A DNA stretch of 64,000 nucleotides from Epiperipatus broadwayi (lineage: Eukaryota; Animalia; Onychophora). Shown here in pieces: positions 24,856-38,500 of this stretch. The stretch lies in NCBI GenBank assembly GCA_028023455.1, contig JAQFVV010000005.1, forward strand, positions 11,718,001 to 11,782,000, read 5' to 3'. The notes below the pieces were generated by a model. It was not told the origin of the DNA. It did no database searches and saw only the letters and a program-made list of their open reading frames with translations. The first letter of the stretch is position 1; the number at the start of each line of letters is the position of its first letter. The translations under genes were made by a program, and so were the position numbers.

Positions 24856-27028
24856 TTAAATGAAGTTAAATAAAATAGTTTTTAAAAAGTTGTAAAAGCT
24901 AATTAATTCTAAATTTAGTTTAAAAAGTAAGTTAAAGCAAAAGGTGTTTTCTTTTATTAATTATTAAAAATGGAAATATGTCATTCTAGGAAAAAGTAAT
25001 TAAAATGCTTGTAAACAGGCCAATAGATTAAATAAAGAGAAAAATAATTGGCATGATTTAATTTAAAAAGCTGTTATAAGAACTTGCAAATATGTTATTG
25101 GGCAAATAGGCTCAGACCACAGCAGATTATCTGGAGTTATCTATAGCCACTAGATCAAAGGATCCAAATTTTATTTATAAGATAGCTCCAAACTGGAAAT
25201 TACATTCATGATTTTATTCTACCAAAAATTCTTGCAGACTTCCAGAAATCTATTCTGCTTCCATTATTCTATATATGCTGTTATTCTATGAGTCAGTTAA
25301 TTAGTCTGCTATTTCCAGCCAGATCTACCATGCAAGAATAGAAAAACCATTATCTGCCTTGCTCTGTCAAACTGGCAGAGGGTGAGCTGGAAAACTCACC
25401 AATGGTCCTGAATGAGAAGCCATCCATAAATGGAAAAGCCATCTGAACACGAGTCCACTATGCATTAACCCATGACTACAGGAAGAACTAGCCACCAAAC
25501 CAAGACTAAACTGATATCTAAGCATTTTAAATTAATTTAAAGTAGTGATTTAAACCCACCATCACCATAGCTACGGTTTAATGAAAAATAAACTAATACC
25601 TAAAGATTGAATGTGAACTTTTGACAATGAAAGAATAAGTATGAATTTTAAACTAATCTTTAGTTAATTACTATTTATCTCCAATCTAATGGAATATGCT
25701 AGTAAATAGTCATTTATTTAATCTGTTTATGAGCAGGTATAGCAAGAGATTGTAGTTTGTTCTATTTATCACACCACAATTTAGTCAGCAATAATTGTAT
25801 AAAATTATTTTATAAAAGGCAATTAGCTTGTAATCACAATCTCTTGCCATGCTATTAAATGTTTGTATGTTAATTAAATCAGTTATTTTTACTTTAAAGA
25901 AAATATCAACAATATGTTAAATCAGCAAGTTAATAAATTATGAATGGAGTTCCATCAACCTGCATTGATGCTAGCTAAAGGTTGTATTTAATTGGATTCA
26001 GTATGAGTGTGTTACCTTTTAGTTTGAAGTAACATTATTGATAAAAATGGATGGCTGTCAATCTGTCAATTCAGATTATGCTAGTTACATCTGAAACTCA
26101 TTCTTATGTAACGGATTAAGTAAATGATCATAAAACCATTTTGCGATGGCTGGTTGCTTACTTTCATATATTATTTATTTTATTTCATACATGTTGTATA
26201 GGATATCTTTGTGACTGCTGATCACTCATGCATTACCAAATATTCTAAGAAGTAGTATGTGGTAGAAGTTTAATTCCTAACATATGCATATAATTTACAC
26301 ATGTATTTGCTTTTATGTAGAAACTATTGAAGTACAAATGTGATTTTCTGTATTTTACAAATATTTATTATTTTTATTGCTTGATAATATCATAATCTGA
26401 AATTGAGTACACTATTGATTAGTTAAATCATTCTTCAATTATAATATTGTGTTATCCTCATTTGGCAGAGTCATTCCGTCTTATTAGAACAGTGATAATG
26501 ATAACGTCTATGTAGAAGATTAGAATCCAATCAAACAATTACCATTAAGAGTATTCTAAACTAGTGACTATCAAATATCAACTGTTTCAAACATTTAAGC
26601 ATACTATACTAAATCTGTCTGTAATTTAAATTAAAATAATAGGAATAAGATTTAGAAAGGTTTATTGACCATAAATTAATTTATAAATCAATTAACTAAA
26701 GAGCTACCAATGTGTGTTTTTTGTATATGCATGAATAAATTGTGTTTGACTCATTCTTTATGGAAGTTTGTCATGATTATTTTGCAATCAATAATTATGT
26801 AAAATAGTGAAGTTTCTTGTTTCTTCCTGACATTAGTGGGCTGTAAAAGAAAAAATTATCAGTCTGTGACATTAGAATGTGGAATGCATATGTCGATTGC
26901 CCTCAGGTAATTCTCATATGGGTTGCCAAATTCTGTCAGTTACTATATATATATGTATTACAACACAATACATATACAATCACTTTTTCTTTTCAAATAT
27001 ATATGTTCTTCAATAATATCAACATATA

Positions 27029-27093
27029 CTGCTTTACAAGCAGTTGTCCCGGGTTAGTGGGTTCACTTCCCAGCTGATGCTATGACACATGAG
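27029..27093 (+). mobile_element. Degenerate second copy of the tRNA-Val-like SINE head
   Basis: ctgctttacaagcag...gggttcacttcccagctgatgctatgacacatga matches 22422-22475. Confidence 0.7.
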
Positions 27094-27149
27094 AAAATAA
27101 GAAAATAAAGTTTTTGAAAAGAAAAAGAAGAGGATTGTGTATTTGTTGA

Positions 27150-27600
27150 TATGTGTGTGTGTGTTTAATTAAATGTATTGTATTTTTTTCACTGTTAAAA
27201 TTATTCTTATGTGTGTATGATTTGATTTCATTCCAAAGAAGCATTATTGTCTTTAATATAATTTATTAGATATATTATTTAAAATTATTAGTATACAAAA
27301 ATTCATAATATAAAAATTTGATGATTGGTGAAATGCTATTATAGATATAATAGTTTGTTTATACATTAAAATGTGATAGCAAAGGCTTAAGAAAGTTTAA
27401 AGAACCAATTTATCTGGATTGATGCAATGTGTATCCTGTTATCAGGGTAGTCATATGAAATACTAATACATAAACAAATAAAGATGTAAATAAATAAATA
27501 AATAAAACATACATGTTAATCAAATGGGCAACAAAAGCATATTTGGTTTGTGTATAGTGATTCTTTCTCCCCTTTTGGCATTTATGTACTGTTACATATT
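27150..27600 (+). repeat. Diverged direct duplication, part 2 (partner 29790-30460)
   Basis: Collinear similarity, e.g. aaaatttgatgattggt.aaatgctatta and tagtgat.ctttc..c...ttggcatttat; the partner carries an extra ~240 bp. Confidence 0.75.
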
Positions 27601-28340
27601 GGACACTCAACTTATGAATCAGTTCCACACATTCCAAGGCCTGAGTAAAATAATAAAAAGATTCATGACAATAGTAAATTTATTTTATAATCGCTCTTGT
27701 AGTACATCAATAATAATTTAACTATAGATCAATTCTTGGGGATAAATGAAAAGTTAAAAATTCTAATTGTTAAATGAACTCAGTTTAATTTGTTTACAAA
27801 GGAACTATAATATGAAATAAATAATTAAATATGTTGCACTTGTTTACTTTAATGGAATGAGATAAGCTTGATACAGGATGGATAGATAAATTATATAATT
27901 ATATTTATTGATATTTTCCATATAAATATAGTTGTAAGCATACATACACATTGCAAACTGATATATTTACTTTTATATATTTTAACAGGATTGTAAAATA
28001 AAATATAGCTATTTTATATTAATTGATTATTAAGTAAGAAAAAAAACAGAACAAAAAGGAAATATAGAAGTTTATTTTGGGATATAAAAAATAATCCTTT
28101 AATTTACATTTTTGAAGACAAGGAAAAAAAACATTTTATTTTCTTTGTATAAAAAAAATATTTTAGATAGCACATGAGAAAAAGCAGATATAATAAAAAG
28201 AAAATCTCCCAATTTATATTTTTGGAGACAAAAAAAGGAAACACAACTAGATAGCAACCAAGAAAAAAAACTGATATAAAATTTTATTTTGGGATAATTA
28301 TACCATAATCTTTTAATTCAATACATAATTTATAATCTAT

Positions 28341-28933
28341 CAAACATCACATGATTACCTTTCTTTATGCTTACACAAGCTGTTGTTCAGAGGCAAAACT
28401 CTCCATACAGTAACACCATTCAGTGCAAGCCAGAGTAATCAATGGATGCAAGAAGGTTTATGCATAAAATCCCTATCTACTGTCTACTGTATGGAGAGTT
28501 TTGCCTCTGTGAAAAACAGCTTGTGTAAGCATAAAGAATTGTGATCATGTGATATTTAATGGTTTAATACCAATAGGATTATGGTGACTGTGGTTATTAA
28601 AAAATCAAAGACACGAAAAAGTATGAATACAACTACACAGCTAATGAGATTAGCTTGAAAACATTATTGTGATTACATTTTGAACTCACAGCTTTATAGT
28701 TAGCTAAAAAAAATAAAAGGTGACTGCAGAAGGGTTGCATTAGATCTCAAGATCTAAGTGCAGTGCTTTCAGATCCAAGGCTCCTCACTGATGAAAGCCA
28801 CAAGCTAGAAACTAGTCTGGGAATATTGGATGAGTAGCACTAGAAAGAGATTTTATGACAAACCTTCCTGCATCCATCGATTACTCTGGCTTGCATTGAA
28901 TGGCACTACTGTATGGAGAGTTTTGCCTCTGTG
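28341..28933 (+). mobile_element. Family A element: inverted 5' piece plus ~422-nt monomer with terminal redundancy; 15-bp TSD
   Basis: Inverted arms 28342-28412 and 28485-28557; tactgtatggagagttttgcctctgtg at 28485 and 28907; flanks taatttataatctat (28326-28340) and taatttatattctat (28934-28948). Confidence 0.8.
28782..28823 (+). ncRNA. Minimal type-I hammerhead ribozyme motif, family A
   Basis: tcctcA CTGATGA AAGC-CACAA-GCTA GAAAC TA GTC Tggga; stem I CTCA/TGGG pairs; palindromic stem III. Confidence 0.65.
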
Positions 28934-29309
28934 TAATTTATATTCTATTGTATAAAAAATTTTCATGAAATAAAGTTGATTAAAGTAGTGACTGAAGGGA
29001 GTTACATGGTATTATTATCAGAAATATATATATATAGGCAGATAACTATTCTGTATTTTTTGTTACTAGTGCACATTATTCATCACATTCCAGATACATT
29101 GAGAAGACAGCCAAAAATCAATCATTGCACTGTATCCCTAACAACTAACTATTTCGGCAAAATAATAGACCATCAGCAATAAATACTTATTAACATCTGT
29201 CTGTCCCCTGTGCTTTAACAATCACTAATTAAAAATGATGACCAGAATCATTAATGGAATGGAGAAAATTATAATGCATTGATTTAAACAACATTGCATG
29301 CCAGTCAAA

Positions 29310-30460
29310 CGCTGGATCATGTAGTCTTTCTGTTGAAGATGATCATTGATTGCCTGCACAAAGAGAGAGAGAGAAAACAATATCAAAAAACCTATCCATT
29401 ATCCACTCATGATAATCAAGAGTTCTTTTCTTGTCATTAGAATTTAAAAAATAATATTAAAGGATTGTATGTGTTTATTTTATATTTTAAAAATAGCATG
29501 GTCCCATGGCAGCAGTCAAATTACACTGAAGGATAAAAAAAAGTTTATTTTATTAATACAAACTGTAGAACTTCTGTTAATATTACATATATTGTTTTAT
29601 TCTAGAGTATAATTTATTAATACCCTATCTGTAATATAACTAATCTTACATATTTATTTTAGTGAATTAAATATATATTCATTTTGTTATCATTATTACT
29701 ATGGCTATGTTTTTTGGTATTTATTTTATATTTAATCTTGATTTAAATTTGTGTATATGTTATAAAATATATTTATGTATTTAATTAAATAAATTGTATT
29801 TTACTTATTATTAAATTCATCTTATGTGTTTATGATTTAAACTCATTCCAAACAAGCATTTTTAACGTTTATAATTGTCAGTGCTTTATGAAAAGAAAGT
29901 GCTGGGGTGTAAACAAAATAACCAAGCAAAGGACAGGGGGTAGATAAAATACTCTTTAGTCAAGGGCATCCTTTCTTAATAGAGAACCATGCTTAGGAAT
30001 AAATTATTTCATTGCTTATAAAAATACTTTCCAATAGAAATATATTAGTTTAGATTCATCAAAGGGACATAATCATCATCGATGATTGGTAATTAGGATA
30101 ACCTAAATAGACATGATATATTATATTAAAGTTATATTATCTAAAATTATTAGTATATGCAAACTCAAAATATAAAAATTTGATGATTGGTAAAATGCTA
30201 TTACAGATATAATAGTTCATTTATACAAAAAGATGTGATAGCATAGGTTTAGAAAAAGTTAAAGAATTGATATTTTTGGATTAATGGATAGTGTATTCTG
30301 GGTCAGATTATATGATGCTGATTGAATCAAATTGTCATATGAAGTATTAACAAATAAATAAGCAAAACACATATCAATAATCAAATGGCCAAACAAAACA
30401 TAACTAGTTTATGCATAGTGATCCTTTCCTCTCCATTTGGCATTTATATACCCTAACAAT
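29310..30460 (+). repeat. Uninterrupted copy of the duplicated segment split at 21860-22370 and 27150-27600
   Basis: Both halves are adjacent here, with the junction near 29760-29790. Confidence 0.75.
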
Positions 30461-31249
30461 ATACTAGATTAAATGTTTTCATAGATTAATTATGATATAA
30501 ACAAAAGGAAGGGTAGGAATATTTCCATTTAATAATTAAATATATGTGTTAGATATAGAATTGCTAGATAACATCAATTACTATTGAAAGCCATAACTTG
30601 AACTATTTTGTTCTAGTACTCAATAATATTCTTTTTGTTTTGAAGTTAATTAGAAATCTAATTAATCAAGACAAGAAAGCTCTTGTTGTGCACTAGAGCA
30701 AAGTAATTTAGTTTAGAGCTGTCAATAATAACTGATAGTTTTTACCTAGTAACACTAGTTATTACATGGAAATATTCCAACTTTTTCTTTGATTATATAC
30801 ATATATTGTAAAAAATTCAAATAAAAATTAGAAAGAAATAATTCGAGTATTTAATGATATTAATATGAAAATAGTCAAGAATTAGTTTACCCATAAAAAC
30901 CTTGCAGTTTAATTAAGCAGAGTTAGAGATTCCTGCATTAAAGCTTCATCTATAACTTGTAATAGCAGAATTGTTAAAAATTCCTAGATTGAATCTTAGC
31001 CCATTATTTACATTGCTAAAACATCAAATAATCTCACAAGAAACTATTTGATTATACTAAACTGTATACCCATAAATAGCCTTAGTAATTTTGTTAATAT
31101 AAAATATTAAAGACATAATTTGGAAACATTTACTAAGGAAAGAAAATCATCAGTTAGAGTAAAATGTGGGTAAGTAATGAAAACATTGAATTCTGATCGT
31201 CTGTGAATGTCTACTTAATTAAAACAAATGTGTAATTTAATAAATTCTG

Positions 31250-31630
31250 ATTACTATCATGATTTTCAAATATTATCAATCCATTCCAAGTCTCTTCAAA
31301 TTTAATCCAGTTTTTTTGATACAGTCTTTTCCACACAACACCAACCAACTTTCTTAGTTCATTTATCTATTTTATATGTGGAACCTTTCTAAATATTTTA
31401 TAATCTCTCAGGATCCAAAATTTAAGATTTTAATATCTCTTTGAACAATATATCCAACCCAACTCCATTTCAATCTCTTAATTCTTTTAATGAAGTCAGT
31501 GACATCTGTTGTTTGTTCTCTGACCCAAGCCCTTTTGCTTTCAATCCCTTATTATTTAACATTTCTCCATACTTTGTTGAGAAATCAGAAGTCTATGAAC
31601 TGCTCTTCGGTTAAATGTCCATATATTAGT
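31250..31630 (-). mobile_element. RTE-clade LINE 3' remnant
   Basis: Minus-strand WVREQTTDVTDFIKRIKRLKWSWVGYIVQR matches the RTE C-terminal WIREQTKV.DII..I..LKW.WAGH motif. Confidence 0.75.
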
Positions 31631-33149
31631 GCACAGTAAAAATTGGTCAAACACATTTATTAAAAATCTTCCTTTTCAAACACATAAACATATTTCATTT
31701 TAAAACATTATAAGATGAGAAATTTAATAATATCCTATATATTTCTAATTTTTTAAAAAAGTAAATGAAATTGAGAAACTAATTAAATAAAAACATTCAT
31801 AGTACATATATAATTTGGTAGTAATGCTTCTTATAAATGAAGAAAATTTATAATTAAAATAAAAAAATACTAAATCAAAATAATAACCATCTGTAAATAA
31901 AAAAATTTTTTAATATGTAATATCTCATTTATTTCATAAAAATAATTATTCACCAAAACAAAGTATCACAAAAGTACATATTAATAACAAAATATTCATT
32001 TGTAACAGTCTCATAACTGAAAACATATTCAGTATAATTACATGCATCTGAGCTAGTTATATTAACCTTACAAAATTGTTTTATTATATAGTATTAGATG
32101 AAAAATATCAAAAAAAATTTGAAGAATTTTTCTTAAGAGGAATGAATGCCTTCATTGTCAGAGTTAATGTTTTGATTTTTGTTTACATATATTACAATGT
32201 TTACATGTAAAACTCATTCATGTTGAAACTAAATGGAAAAAATCAAATGATGCTTTAAAGTTTGACATTTAACATTCTGCTACCAAAAGTGTTTACAGTT
32301 ATGATAAAACTAACATTGCTTGAAATATATAGTTGCTGAATTGATGTCAGACCTATGTAAGTATACATTCAACTTAGTTTGCTGAAAAAAACTTCAAGAT
32401 GTGTGAATTTCAGTTATTATCTTCGATAGTATAAATAAACAAAGATGGATTCTGGGATGTGTAAGTGCAAACCCACTGCATCTTATAGATGGGACTGAAT
32501 AGGTAAAATCCAGATTGATAATTTAAATATAATTCTATCATTTAAGATTCACTGATTATTGAAGCTTACAATAGAAGTGTATGATGAAAGTAAACTGTCA
32601 TGTGATATATTTTGTAATTAGAGTATATAATTTAAAAACTAATGCTATTTAAAATTAGTATTATTATTTCTTCAGCAAGGAATACCTGTAATCATATATA
32701 TCTACATATACATTCAACAGCACCCATGATTTTATCATAATTAAAAGTTTTCTATATAAAATATAGTTTATCCAAATAAGACATATCTTATTATTTTATA
32801 ACATCTGATGATGATGTTTGTTGTTAGTTTCTATACCATAATAGTATAATCACAATTAACTACTAATTGAGAAGATATATAATAATAGCAACTAACTACC
32901 ATGATTCTATTACAATACAAAGATTGACACAGAACATTATCAGATGCCATAAAATAAGAAGAAATATCTTATATAAATAATCTATAGTTGATGGAAAAAT
33001 ATCAATACTGCATTACCATCCCCAAGAAAATTCTCATGATGATAACATCATAAATATTGTTGAATATATAAATTATTACTTTAAATATATAGTTATATAT
33101 AAGCATTAATTTTTAAATTATATATTCTAGAAATAGAAAAAAAGCATCA

Positions 33150-33460
33150 CATGAATGCTGAGCAATGGAAGAACCATATCTTAATTACAAAACTAGATTC
33201 TGGATATTCAATTCCATCTTTGAAATGCAATGAGCTTTCACTTACACATCTAACAGTCAATTTTACTTCTTTTATAATATCAAAATTAATCCCCCAAGAT
33301 TCAAACAACCTAAAGTTTTTTAATACAAGCTGACTTAGTTGTAGATTTGTATAGGTTAACACTACATCAGCAACTAAATTTTACGATAGCTGAAGGCATC
33401 TTTGATTCTATAGCAAGAATGATAGACATCTAACAAAGCATCACCTGATTTTCTCTGCTT
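33150..33460 (-). mobile_element. Decayed non-LTR reverse transcriptase remnant
   Basis: LVADVVLTYTNLQLSQLVLKNFRLFESWGINF resembles the (Y/F)ADD..L...LQ..L.....WGL region. Confidence 0.35.
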
Positions 33461-35949
33461 ACTTTCAACATTTCATAAATAATATTTAGTTTTACTTATG
33501 AACATTGTAATATATGTAAACAAAACTTCAAACAAAATATTTCCAATAATAAAGGCATTCCTCTACAGAAAAAAATCAGCATTTCTTTTGGCTATTTTTT
33601 TTTGTCTGATTCTGTATAACAAAGCATTTTTGTAAAGTAAAAGTAACTGGTACAAATATGTGTATGTATGTCACAATATGTTTGCAATTATGGCAAAGTC
33701 ATTCAAAGGAGTATTTTGTCAACATATTCTTCTGAGGTATTTTTATTTTTTAGTCAATTTAGTGAATAATTATTTTTTTGCAAGTGAATGAAAATTTACA
33801 TATTCAAAAATATTTTTTTTTATAGATTTAATAACTTTTTATTTTAATTACAAATTTTGTTAATTTCTAACAACTTAGCATTGCTACAAAAATATTTTGA
33901 AATATATACTACTTTTCATTTGAAAATGTATATTATTTATGTAATTTTATACAATATTTATTCATTAGTAATCACAGAGACTTGTAGAAAAAGAATTGCA
34001 GCTTTTAATCAGTAAACTGTATTTATTGTTCAAGAAAGGAAATTGATTAAAGATTTATTTTACATATATAGGCTTCTAGACTACATTTAGTTAAAATAGA
34101 TTTATTTATAGATCAAACCATAATTTAAAAATATACACATACTTTCCAACTTTAAATGTTGTTTATTTCCCATCAAATTATTAATATGATTCAGTAGAAA
34201 AATAATCAAATGGTTTATTGTTTGGGAGCTTATCAGAAATTTAAATACCGGAAGTGATAAAGATGGACTGTGATTCAGACTTTGAACTCGCAAGACGGCC
34301 ACTATCACTGCACCAAACACATAGGTCAGTAGGATTCAGTGAAAACCAAAACTTGAAAAAATGGAAAGCATATATATATTAAATATTATTTATGGATCAT
34401 TTTGGAAAGAATAGTGATGAAGATGTGAAAGAGATAATTTTAAAATAGTGAATATAAAAATACGTCACATTTTAGTCCTCTACACTTTTAATAGTAATGG
34501 CAAGGTAAAATTCATAGTTGCCAATAAATTTTCCTTCAATATTATGTTATGCAAGTCAATTAAATAAATGATACAAACTTTAATAATAAAACGATAGGCT
34601 TGAAGATATAGTGAAATTAAGTACACTGTCAAATTGGAATGTGAAGTTCTAACAATGATTTACAACAAAATAAAGGTGATCTAACTTCATTTGACAAACG
34701 AAAAGCTTTGCAATGTTAACATCCAAGTATGTTTATGCTCAGCACTAAAAGTACACTAAGCCAGACAAATATTGGATGAAAGATTATTAAACCATTTCAC
34801 CAGGCATACTAACATAGTATTCAAAATTATTACAATACTTAAATAAGTTGATTCTTTCCCCAGTGTTGCTATTTCTTTAAAAATGCAATTGTCAGTACTT
34901 ATAATACTAGATACTACCAGATGAACTTTTTTAAAAGTGGAAAAAAGAAAAAGTACCTAAGAACTCCATTATCTGAAGAGATTATCTAATTTATCAACAA
35001 TCCCTCTCCCTTTCTAAAAAAAGAAATTCTAAAAAATTATATTTAAATATAATATTGAAAAAGTTTCCTAATTTAAATACCAGTAATTTACAATATTATA
35101 ATGAAGATATCTTTATAACTAAAAAATAATGAATTTCTTCTAACTATTCATTATTTTTATTATCAGAGCAAGTATAGTGTAGTCATCTTTTATCTCTTTT
35201 ACCTTTATAAATAATGATTACTTTAGAGTTTCTGGATCTAAGAGCTTACAATTAGTTGTGTTAGTAAAAACATATAGAAAAGCTACTTGCACAAAGATGG
35301 TTTATATATAAAGCCGGTACTCCTCATGATGTTAGGAGTTTTGCAAGTATTTTATATACTTATTTTTAATATGTGTGTGTATGTGTGCGAAAGAGAAGAT
35401 TGACTGTATCTTTTCAGACAGCTATTTTATTATTTATGCAGATTTACATATTGATCGTGACAAACAAAAAGTTTGGAAACGAATGTGCTTTGATGTTATT
35501 AATTAAAGCTACATTTAGAAATTCTATATTCTTTTATACGGCGAGTAGATAAATAAAACATTTTAAAAATAGACCTCTACAGGCAAAGGCTCCTCCAAAG
35601 AACTGAAAACTTATTATTCATCAGGTTTATCACGGTAAGGCGGATTTTATAGTTGTTTTACGATCTAGCTAAGAATAACTATTTAGCTATTCCCAACCAA
35701 TTTTAATTAGCTAGGATCCAATTTCCCGGAAACAAAAAAAAATCCTAATTCTGTTTGAAAATTTAAAAAAATCTTAAATGTTGCCCAGCTCAGATTCTAA
35801 TCCAAGGTTACAAAGCTTTTCTGTATATTATACAAAAAATACATTATATTATTTAGCAAACATCACAACAAATATTTAACTTTAAAAAAAAAAATGTTTA
35901 TTTTCCAATATTATTTGTGAAATTGCATATTTATTTTTATTTCAGAAAA

Positions 35950-36950
35950 AAAAAAATCTAACCGCAATAAGTTCGAGATGCCATCCACGGACAGACAAAA
36001 ATTTTAAATTATGCTAACCTTTTGAATTAAATTATGTAAAAATGAAAATAAATGCTTAGTTGATTTCCATAACATTTATGGCATTTTAGAAGTCACTTAT
36101 GTTTAGAATTAGATTTAATATGTATATCTATAATTATCAGTTTCGTACAAAAACTGAAACGCCATTTTTTTAAATGTACTTTTTACTTTAAAGCAACTTT
36201 TCTTTAAAATAAGATTGTTTTCAATACTCCATTAGTATAAAGTAATATATTATCCTTTACACCTAATCTTTATGAAAGAAAAATAGTAAATTCACGTCCT
36301 CTATAAAAAAAATCTTACCTTAAGTCCTAAAGCTACAGTATATACGTGCAGTTCTTTCCAATTGGTTAACTACGTGACCTCCTAAAACACTCATTTCAAA
36401 TACTTTTTTTTAAATTAATGGTAAAAACAATCGAAACTACGCATGCGTTTGAGACTTTTCGTCAATTAAAATATGAATTTTTACTATTCTTCTTCAATGT
36501 TTTTTAAATATATAGTCAGGACTGGAAAAGTCGGGAGAAATAGGCTATCAGCCATTCAAAATAATTATAATAATACAGAGCAACTGCATGGGTAAGAAGC
36601 ACCTTTGTGCAAATTAAATGCCAGCACTTCCAGTCCATGAAACAAAATTAATTCAAAAAAATTTTATTTAACAAAAGATACAGAAGCAGAATATTAAAAA
36701 AATTATAAATTCATTATTTATACTGTTTATTTTTTTATTTACATCTTAAACTTCCTTTTTGAAGCCACGCAATTCTTAATTACATCGCTAATGTTTATGG
36801 TTTCTAGCAATAGCGGCCCATGAAATTTTTAAGCCGAGTAACTTCCTTACATTATTGCTGTCAAAAAGTAAGCAAGGAAAACAAAACCGAGCATTCCTAA
36901 TTTCGCAAACAATTTATTTTTCCATACCAATCATTGTTAAAAGATCTAAT
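35950..36950. promoter_or_regulatory. CpG-retaining promoter-like island, possibly bidirectional
   Basis: About 20 CpGs in ~1 kb against a strongly CpG-depleted background; palindrome ACGCATGCGT (36439-36448, NRF1-like); CGCCATTTT (36160-36168, YY1-like); ATGG|gtaag donor at ~36590. Confidence 0.4.
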
Positions 36951-37199
36951 GTATTTTTTTGTTTTTACTAACTATCTGGAATAGTATCAACCTTTAATTT
37001 TTTATTTCGATTTTTTCATATTGTCAATAGGAAAAATGTAAATTTTTTATATGTTCACCACTAATACTCATCATGATAAATATTCAAAATGACATTTATT
37101 ATTTAGTTATATTTTTCTGTAATAGATATTTATATGTAAGTTTATCAATGTTAATTGCAAGAAAAAAAAATATTGCTCATTCTAAATGAAAAAAATGTA

Positions 37200-38500
37200 T
37201 TCGCCCTGAAGAGCTCCAGTGGTGCCAATTTCATGTATTGATAAGAACAAACGCGTGACACAGCTATAATTCTTTGAATAGAAACGCCATCCGTTAGCAA
37301 GTTTTAACTTGTGTTTTTTTGTTTTTCATAAATGTACCTTTGAGGTCTTTCTTGCAATGATATATATTGCAGAGGCTTCTACTATGTGGTGATGCTGAAC
37401 TGATATCAGACCCATGTAGCTATCTGGCTTGCTATGCTGAGTTTGAAGACATTACGTGTCTAAAAGATTCACGCTTGCAAGCTGAATAGAAACTGTTTCA
37501 TAAACGCTCAGAGTTTGTGTTTAGATCTATTTTCTTATTCCTGTCCTTCACTGACAATAGCAAATAGCTTGAAATCATGATCTGAAGGTGGAACTAAAGT
37601 TAGAGATAGTGAATGCTTGCTCTGACATTTATGTAAACAAACTTATGCTTGACTGTGTTTTTGGTAGAACGCCATCTATTGTCATAAATACAAGCATTAG
37701 CAAGTTTTAACTTGTTTTGTTTTTCATATATATATATATGTAAATGTGCATCAGATAAAACTAAAAATATTGAAATTTATTATAATGAATTGTTAAATGT
37801 TGAATACAATTATGATTGTGTTTATTATACTATTAAAAAATTTACTTCTAAATATAAAAATATTAATAATAATGTTAATTCTTCTGATAAAAAACTATGG
37901 ATATCAATACCATATATTTCAAATCAACAGGCAAGTTTCATTAAGAAAATTTATAAAGGAATATGTGATATTGCATTTTATGCACCACCTACATTAAATA
38001 AATTAATAAACAATTCAAAAGATAAAACTCTATTGATAAATAAAAATTGTATCATTTACAAATGGACATGTAGGTGTGGCAGTAAATATATAGGTGAATC
38101 GTGGTGCACATTGGAAAAAAGAACAAAAGGGCACATATTATTATTTAAAAGGGTTCAAAATACAAGACAAAAATTTAAAAATAATGATACTTTATCAGCT
38201 GCTGTTTTTTATGACCATAATAAATCATGTGTATATGGTTTTGATTTTAATTATAACAACGTAAAAATATTGAAAACTGAAAGAAATAATAATAAAAGGA
38301 AAATTAAAGAGGCAATGTTAATTTATAAATATAAGCAAGATTTAATTAATAGGCAAGCAGCAAATGTTAAGATCACAGAATTATGGGAAGATTGACATCA
38401 TGGAATTATGGGAAAGCTGACAATTTTTTTTTTGTTTAAAAGTGATAGTTGACAGAGCTACAAGTTAGTTGAAAGCGCTTCTAAGTGACAGTTATACACA
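37200..38500 (+). mobile_element. 5'-truncated Penelope-like element (RT thumb end plus GIY-YIG endonuclease)
   Basis: ORF 37712-38395: WISIPYIS...CIIYKWTCRCGSKYIGES...LEKRTKGH...VKILKTERNNNKRKIKEAMLI...LINRQ; ~40-bp direct repeat at 37280 and 37670-37715. Confidence 0.85.

Noticed and set aside
25080-25560. GC-richer island with small hairpins as a ribozyme or LINE 5' end
   Set aside because: No hammerhead or HDV-like core could be fitted and no second copy was seen in the window.
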